From Candidatus Latescibacterota bacterium (GTDB lineage Bacteria; Latescibacterota; UBA2968; UBA8231), in assembly GCA_965203175.1 (NCBI GenBank), contig OZ241867.1, forward strand, positions 3,968,001-4,032,000: a stretch of 64,000 nucleotides of DNA, written 5' to 3'. The translations under genes and the position numbers were made by a program. The notes under the pieces were generated by a model. The model had not been told where the DNA came from and made no database searches. It saw only the letters and a program-made list of their open reading frames with translations. Below are positions 59,375-64,000 of the stretch, piece by piece (position 1 is the first letter of the stretch; each line of letters starts with the position of its first letter).

Positions 59375-61204
59375 ATGCAACCAACAATGACCCGCTTGTC
59401 CCGTACCCGCTACGCCTTTGACGGTCCTCTTGCGGCCTACCTACGCGCCGTCACCGAACAGTGGTTGCTCATAGCTCCTGCGGCCAATCCGGCGATCTTG
59501 GACATGTTTGCCGACCGCGACCGCAAGCCCTACCGCGACCAAGTTCCTTGGGCCGGGGAATTTGCTGGCAAATACCTGACGAGTGCAGTGCAAATCCTGC
59601 GGCTGACCGGCGACCCGGCGCTGAAAAGACATCTCAAAACCTTCGTCGCTCGGCTCATCGCCCACCAAGACGCAGACGGCTATCTCGGCCCTTGGCCGCA
59701 CCGCCACCGCCTGACTGGATACGCGCCTAACGTCATGAACAAGCGCGGTTCTACTTGGGATGCTTGGGGGCATTATCACGCCATGCTGGGCTTGTTGCTC
59801 TGGCACGAGGAAAGCCGCGACGCACAGGTATTGCGCTGCGTCGAGTCCATGGCCGAGCTGTTCTGCCGGAAGTTTATGGGCAAGCCGCGCCGCCGGTTGG
59901 TCGATACCGGCAGCACGGAGATGAACATGGCCCCGGTCCACGTCCTGTGCATCCTCCACGGCCAGACCGGCAAAGAGCACTATTTAGATCTGGCCTTGCA
60001 ATGGGTCGATGAGTTCGCTGCGCTGGACGCGGACGAGCAGCCGCTGGCGGGCGACTACCTCAACCAAGCCTTAGCCGGCCAGCCGTTCTTCGCAACGCCC
60101 AAGCCGCGCTGGGAAAGCCTCCATCCGATCATGGCCTTGGCCGAGTTGTACTGGATCACTGGCGAGGAACGCTACCGCCAGGCTTTCGAGCAGATCTGGT
60201 GGAGCATTGTCGAACTCGACCGGCATAACAACGGCGGCTTTTCCTCGGGCGAGGCCGCTCAAGGCAATCCCTATCACCAAGGCGCTATCGAGACCTGTTG
60301 CACCATCGCTTGGGTGGCCGCGAGCGTGGAGATGCTCAAGCTAACCGGCAGTTCGATCGCAGCCGACGAGATCGAACTATCGACGCTCAACTCCATTCTC
60401 GGCCTGCATTCGGCGAGCGGCCGTTGGGTTACGTACAACACGCCCATGGACGGGGTGCGCAAAGCGAGTGCCCACGACATCGTCTTCCAGGCGCGCGAAG
60501 GCAGCCCGGAGCTGAATTGTTGCAGCGTCAACGGGCCGCGCGGGTTGGGCATGGTCTCGGACTGGGCACTGATGCGCGACGCAGAGGGACTGGTGCTCAA
60601 TTGGTATGGTCCGAGCCGGATGCAGGTAGGGTTGCGGCGCGGCTTGACCGTGGCGCTAACTCAGGAGACGGAGTATCCCCGCCGCGGGCGCGTAGGCATC
60701 CGCGTTGACCCCTCCCAAGCGGCGGAATTTGCGCTCAAATTGCGGGTGCCGTACTGGTCGCAGCGGACTAAGGTATGGGTAAATGGCGCGGTCGTCAGAA
60801 AAGTACGCGCTGGGGCATATCTGACGCTGGCTAGATGCTGGCAGCCCGGCGATACTATTGACATCGAACTGGACATGTCCATGCACTACTGGCAGGGCGA
60901 AAAGGAGTGCGGCGATACGGTCTCGATTTTTAGGGGACCAGTGCTTTTGACCTACGACCGTCGGTTCAATGCCGTGGATCCGGACGAGGTGCCAGCACTC
61001 GACGCGGTGGGCCTGCGGGGGAATTTGGTGAAGGCCGAGGCTGTGGTGGCGCTGGATTTTACTGCTGTGGATGGTAGCAAGCTGCGCCTGTGCGACTTTG
61101 CCAGTGCCGGGGAGGGCGGCTCGCCGTACCGCTCTTGGCTGAGCGTGGCCAACGCGCCCCAAACACCTTTTTCACGCGAGAACCCGCTCCGCAGCGGGCG
61201 GTAG
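59375..61204 (+). CDS. Glycoside hydrolase family 127/146 (beta-L-arabinofuranosidase-like)
   Basis: WAGEFAGKYL, Q.ADGYLG, GG.SSGE, ETCC, NCCS.NGPRG, T.YP..G, LRVP.W, R.W..GD. Confidence 0.85.
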   Translation: MQPTMTRLSRTRYAFDGPLAAYLRAVTEQWLLIAPAANPAILDMFADRDRKPYRDQVPWAGEFAGKYLTSAVQILRLTGDPALKRHLKTFVARLIAHQDADGYLGPWPHRHRLTGYAPNVMNKRGSTWDAWGHYHAMLGLLLWHEESRDAQVLRCVESMAELFCRKFMGKPRRRLVDTGSTEMNMAPVHVLCILHGQTGKEHYLDLALQWVDEFAALDADEQPLAGDYLNQALAGQPFFATPKPRWESLHPIMALAELYWITGEERYRQAFEQIWWSIVELDRHNNGGFSSGEAAQGNPYHQGAIETCCTIAWVAASVEMLKLTGSSIAADEIELSTLNSILGLHSASGRWVTYNTPMDGVRKASAHDIVFQAREGSPELNCCSVNGPRGLGMVSDWALMRDAEGLVLNWYGPSRMQVGLRRGLTVALTQETEYPRRGRVGIRVDPSQAAEFALKLRVPYWSQRTKVWVNGAVVRKVRAGAYLTLARCWQPGDTIDIELDMSMHYWQGEKECGDTVSIFRGPVLLTYDRRFNAVDPDEVPALDAVGLRGNLVKAEAVVALDFTAVDGSKLRLCDFASAGEGGSPYRSWLSVANAPQTPFSRENPLRSGR

Positions 61205-61218
61205 AAGGAGCCTGTGTC

Positions 61219-62550
61219 ATGCGAGAACACTCGGTGCGCCGCTCATTGCAAATCTACGAGCGCGCCAAAGCGCTCGTCCCCGGTACCACCCAACTCATCA
61301 GCCGCCGCCCGACCCGGGCCGCGCTCGGCGTCAGTCCCATCTACGCCGAACGCGCCAAAGGCTGCCGCATCTGGGATGTGGATGGCAACGAATACATCGA
61401 TTGGACCAGCGCCGTGGGGCCGGTGATCTTGGGCTATGCTGACGAGGTGGTCGACGCTGCAGTCCGCGCCCAAATCGACCGGGGGACGATCTACAGTATC
61501 GTCCAAGAGTCGGCCGTGGAGTTGGCCGAGGAGTTGGTGCGGATCGTACCCTCGGCGGAAATGGTGCGCTACTGCAAGGGGGGGGGCGAGGCCTGCACCA
61601 TTGCGGTGCGGATCGCGCGCGGGGTCACTGGCCGCGACAAGGTGCTGTTTTGCGGGTACCACGGCTGGCACGACTGGTACCAGGCCGCCAACATCGGGGC
61701 CGAGCGGCTAGCCACTCATCTCTTCAATGGCATTGAGCCGATTGGCGTGCCCCGCTGTTTGGAGGGCACGGCCCTGCCTTTTACCTATGGCGATGTCGAT
61801 GAACTCACCGCTCTGCTCGAAGCGCACGCTGGCGAGTTGGCCTGTATCATCATGGAGCCGATGCGTTCGGACGAGCCGCCGCCGGGCTACTTAGAAAAGG
61901 TGCGGGAGTTGGCGTCGCACTACGGAGTGGTGCTCATCTTCGACGAGGTGTCGTCGGGGTTTCGCGTAGCCTTGGGCAGTGCCCAGGAATACACGGGCGT
62001 GACGCCAGACATATCCGTTTTTGCCAAGGCCATCTCCAACGGCTATCCAATGGGTGCAGTGGTCGGCAAGCGGGAGTTTATGGCCCCAGCTCAGCAGATG
62101 TTTATCTCTAGCGCCTATTGGGACGACAACATCGGCGTGGCAGCCTCGCTGGCGACCTTGCGCGAGTTGGAGCGCCGCGCCGCCGTGGGTCACTTCCAGC
62201 GCATTGGCACCTTCTTTAAGGAGCAGATCGACGCGGCCGCGGCTGCCGTCGGACTCGACGCTAGCTGCGAAGGGGTAGCCGCGCATCCCCGCATCCGCTT
62301 GGGCGCGGAGGACGCTGCGACGACCGCCAAGGTCCACACACTGTTCATCCAGGAAAACGCCCGCCGCGGCGTGATCTTGGCGACTGGGTTCATGTTCAAT
62401 TGCGCCCACGGCGAGGCCGAGGTCGAACAGACCGCAGCCGTGGTGCGGGAGAGTTTTGCCGTTATTGCCGAGGGGCTAGAGCGCGGGACCTTAGACGAAC
62501 TACTCGAAGTACCGCCCCAAGAGGATCTTTTCCGGCGGCTAGTGCGCTAA
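61219..62550 (+). CDS. Class III aminotransferase (glutamate-1-semialdehyde aminomutase-like)
   Basis: G..IWDVDGNEYID, GYHGW.DW, IMEP, LIFDEV.SGFR, AKAISNGYP; RBS AAGGAG. Confidence 0.88.
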   Translation: MREHSVRRSLQIYERAKALVPGTTQLISRRPTRAALGVSPIYAERAKGCRIWDVDGNEYIDWTSAVGPVILGYADEVVDAAVRAQIDRGTIYSIVQESAVELAEELVRIVPSAEMVRYCKGGGEACTIAVRIARGVTGRDKVLFCGYHGWHDWYQAANIGAERLATHLFNGIEPIGVPRCLEGTALPFTYGDVDELTALLEAHAGELACIIMEPMRSDEPPPGYLEKVRELASHYGVVLIFDEVSSGFRVALGSAQEYTGVTPDISVFAKAISNGYPMGAVVGKREFMAPAQQMFISSAYWDDNIGVAASLATLRELERRAAVGHFQRIGTFFKEQIDAAAAAVGLDASCEGVAAHPRIRLGAEDAATTAKVHTLFIQENARRGVILATGFMFNCAHGEAEVEQTAAVVRESFAVIAEGLERGTLDELLEVPPQEDLFRRLVR

Positions 62551-63606
62551 AGTCTGGGGAGTAAGCTCGGCAAAGACGGCGATTAAGCGAGGGAAGAAGG
62601 CGGCGAAGGTCGGATAGCGGTCGCGCTGGGATTCGTATTCTTCGAGGCGGCGTGCGATGGCGTGGATATAGCGGAAGCCGCGCCCGGATTCTTCGCGCAG
62701 TGCCCGGCGACCTGCTTCTGCGCCGAGGTGGTGGTGGGCAAGGCGCGCGGTGATGGCGCGGATGAGGTGTTCATTGGCGCAGTCGAACCAGTGCGTGTAG
62801 CCGATGGTGGCCATCTGTTCGGCCAGCGGGGCGAATAGGTCGGCGTGGGGCCTCAGCATTGGATAATACTCCTGGCTGAGGGGATTGACGAAGGCGTGGC
62901 TGAACTCGTGCCATATAATCTGCAAAAGTTGATCGCGGGGGCCGTATTCGGGTAGGCCGCGTGTAGCGTCTGTGGGGCCGAGCAGCGTATAGACATCGTA
63001 CGGCCCCCCGTGGCGGCCGATGTGCGGGCCAAATCCCCCGTGGTGCAAGAGCGGGCTGAGGATGAGGTGGTAGCTGATTTGACGGGTGCCAAAATAGTCC
63101 TCGACTTCGCCGGTGGGATCGGCACCGGCCAGTTCTTCGCGAAGGCGTGTCTCGAGGAGTTGATAGAGCTTTTGGCTGCGGGCAAAGAAGTGGTTGAATT
63201 GGGTCTGGCGCGCAAAGTTGCGCAAGGCGTGGATGAAGCGCGTAAAGTTTTCCTCGCCGCGAAAGGCGCGATAGATATGGGGGGGAATGGGTTGGGTTGG
63301 TTCTAGTACGGGTGGATCGGATAGGTAGAGCATGGCGGTTGGGTAGGCATCAGACCACCCGGTGTCCAAGCTCAGGCTGCGAAAAAGGGCGACGGCCTGC
63401 TGGGGCGGATAGCGCGAGAAGTGGGTGACGAGATCCTCCGCGTAATCCACTCGATAGGGCGTCAGATAGCGATACTGGCTGAGGAGTTGGACTGCAATGA
63501 GCAGTTCGATGCGCGGGTCCGCGCCGATGTGCAGGCGTTGCTCGGCGCGGACGCCGGAAGCTAGCAGTGCAAGGGCAACGCACACACGATAAAAGCCGAC
63601 TCGCAA
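62539..63606 (-). CDS. DUF4932-like exported protein with HExxH motif
   Basis: DPRIEL, L.NF...T.F..FF, HEFSH.FVNP, W....NE..IRA; signal-like N-terminus from TTG 63606 (start uncertain). Confidence 0.7.
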   Translation of the reverse strand: MRVGFYRVCVALALLASGVRAEQRLHIGADPRIELLIAVQLLSQYRYLTPYRVDYAEDLVTHFSRYPPQQAVALFRSLSLDTGWSDAYPTAMLYLSDPPVLEPTQPIPPHIYRAFRGEENFTRFIHALRNFARQTQFNHFFARSQKLYQLLETRLREELAGADPTGEVEDYFGTRQISYHLILSPLLHHGGFGPHIGRHGGPYDVYTLLGPTDATRGLPEYGPRDQLLQIIWHEFSHAFVNPLSQEYYPMLRPHADLFAPLAEQMATIGYTHWFDCANEHLIRAITARLAHHHLGAEAGRRALREESGRGFRYIHAIARRLEEYESQRDRYPTFAAFFPRLIAVFAELTPQTLAH

Positions 63607-63620
63607 CGAGTCGGCTTTTA
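63590..63620 (-). terminator. Rho-independent (bidirectional-type) terminator downstream of the HU/IHF gene
   Basis: TAAAAGCCGACTCG-CAA-CGAGTCGGCTTTTA perfect 14-bp inverted repeat. Confidence 0.85.
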
Positions 63621-63647
63621 GTTTTTCGGGACGAATTTCCAACGATA

Positions 63648-63989
63648 TTAGGAAGACCAAGAGCCGCCGGTGTCTGGCGCGGCTTGGTCGGCGGCGGAGC
63701 GGGTGTCGTGCAGGGCTTCTTTGAGTTGTTTGCCCGGCTTGAAGTGCGTCTTGCGGCGGGCGGGCACGTACACGACCTCGCCAGTGCGCGGGTTGCGCGC
63801 CGCGGGCTTGGGCTTAGTGTCTTTGACTTCGAGGACGCCGAAGCCTCTGATTTCAATGCGATTGCCCTCGATAAGCGTTTCGCGCATGGCCTCGAAGAGA
63901 CTATCGACCATTTGCAAAGTCAGGTTGTTTTTGCAGCCGAGCGTGTCGGCTACCGACCGCGCTAGGTCTTTCTTGGTTATCGTGGCCAC
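63648..63989 (-). CDS. HU/IHF family DNA-binding protein
   Basis: TKKDL, G.RIEIRGFG, ARNPRTGE.V.VPAR...FKPGK.LK. Confidence 0.93.
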   Translation of the reverse strand: MATITKKDLARSVADTLGCKNNLTLQMVDSLFEAMRETLIEGNRIEIRGFGVLEVKDTKPKPAARNPRTGEVVYVPARRKTHFKPGKQLKEALHDTRSAADQAAPDTGGSWSS

Positions 63990-64000
63990 TAAAACCTCGC

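Noticed and set aside
61219-62550. Assignment as hemL
   Set aside because: Lacks the PGGVNSPVR signature and has no tetrapyrrole context; GYHGW.DW fits the broader GSA-like subgroup

Overview
GC-rich bacterial chromosomal window. Gene content (batD/batE, many PhyH, Gfo/Idh/MocA and GH127 genes, yicC-coaBC-udg-dnaB-obgE) suggests an FCB-related lineage such as Latescibacterota/Gemmatimonadota; this is inference. It holds about 55 CDSs: housekeeping genes, catabolic enzymes, an RND pump and an Omp85-centred envelope cluster. Small accessory insertions are an ABC-type ATPase + DUF4276 pair, a type II R-M system whose endonuclease is fused to an HTH, and a toxin-antitoxin islet built up at repeated copies of the mlrC 3' end. 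I recognised no rRNA, tRNA, CRISPR array, transposase or integrase. Best novelty candidates: (1) a promoter-driven, highly structured ~115-nt leader RNA with an anti-SD, ahead of a protein with the uncharacterised helical module 'LP..P..D.LKKQAR..L...AQ....REYGF..W' (7152-8014); (2) the mlrC-end cassette islet; (3) an ADP-ribosyltransferase-like/HEAT fusion; (4) a PolX lacking its polymerase aspartates; (5) an antenna-bearing GDH beside a cation-chloride cotransporter. All family calls come from motif recognition by eye, not database searches.
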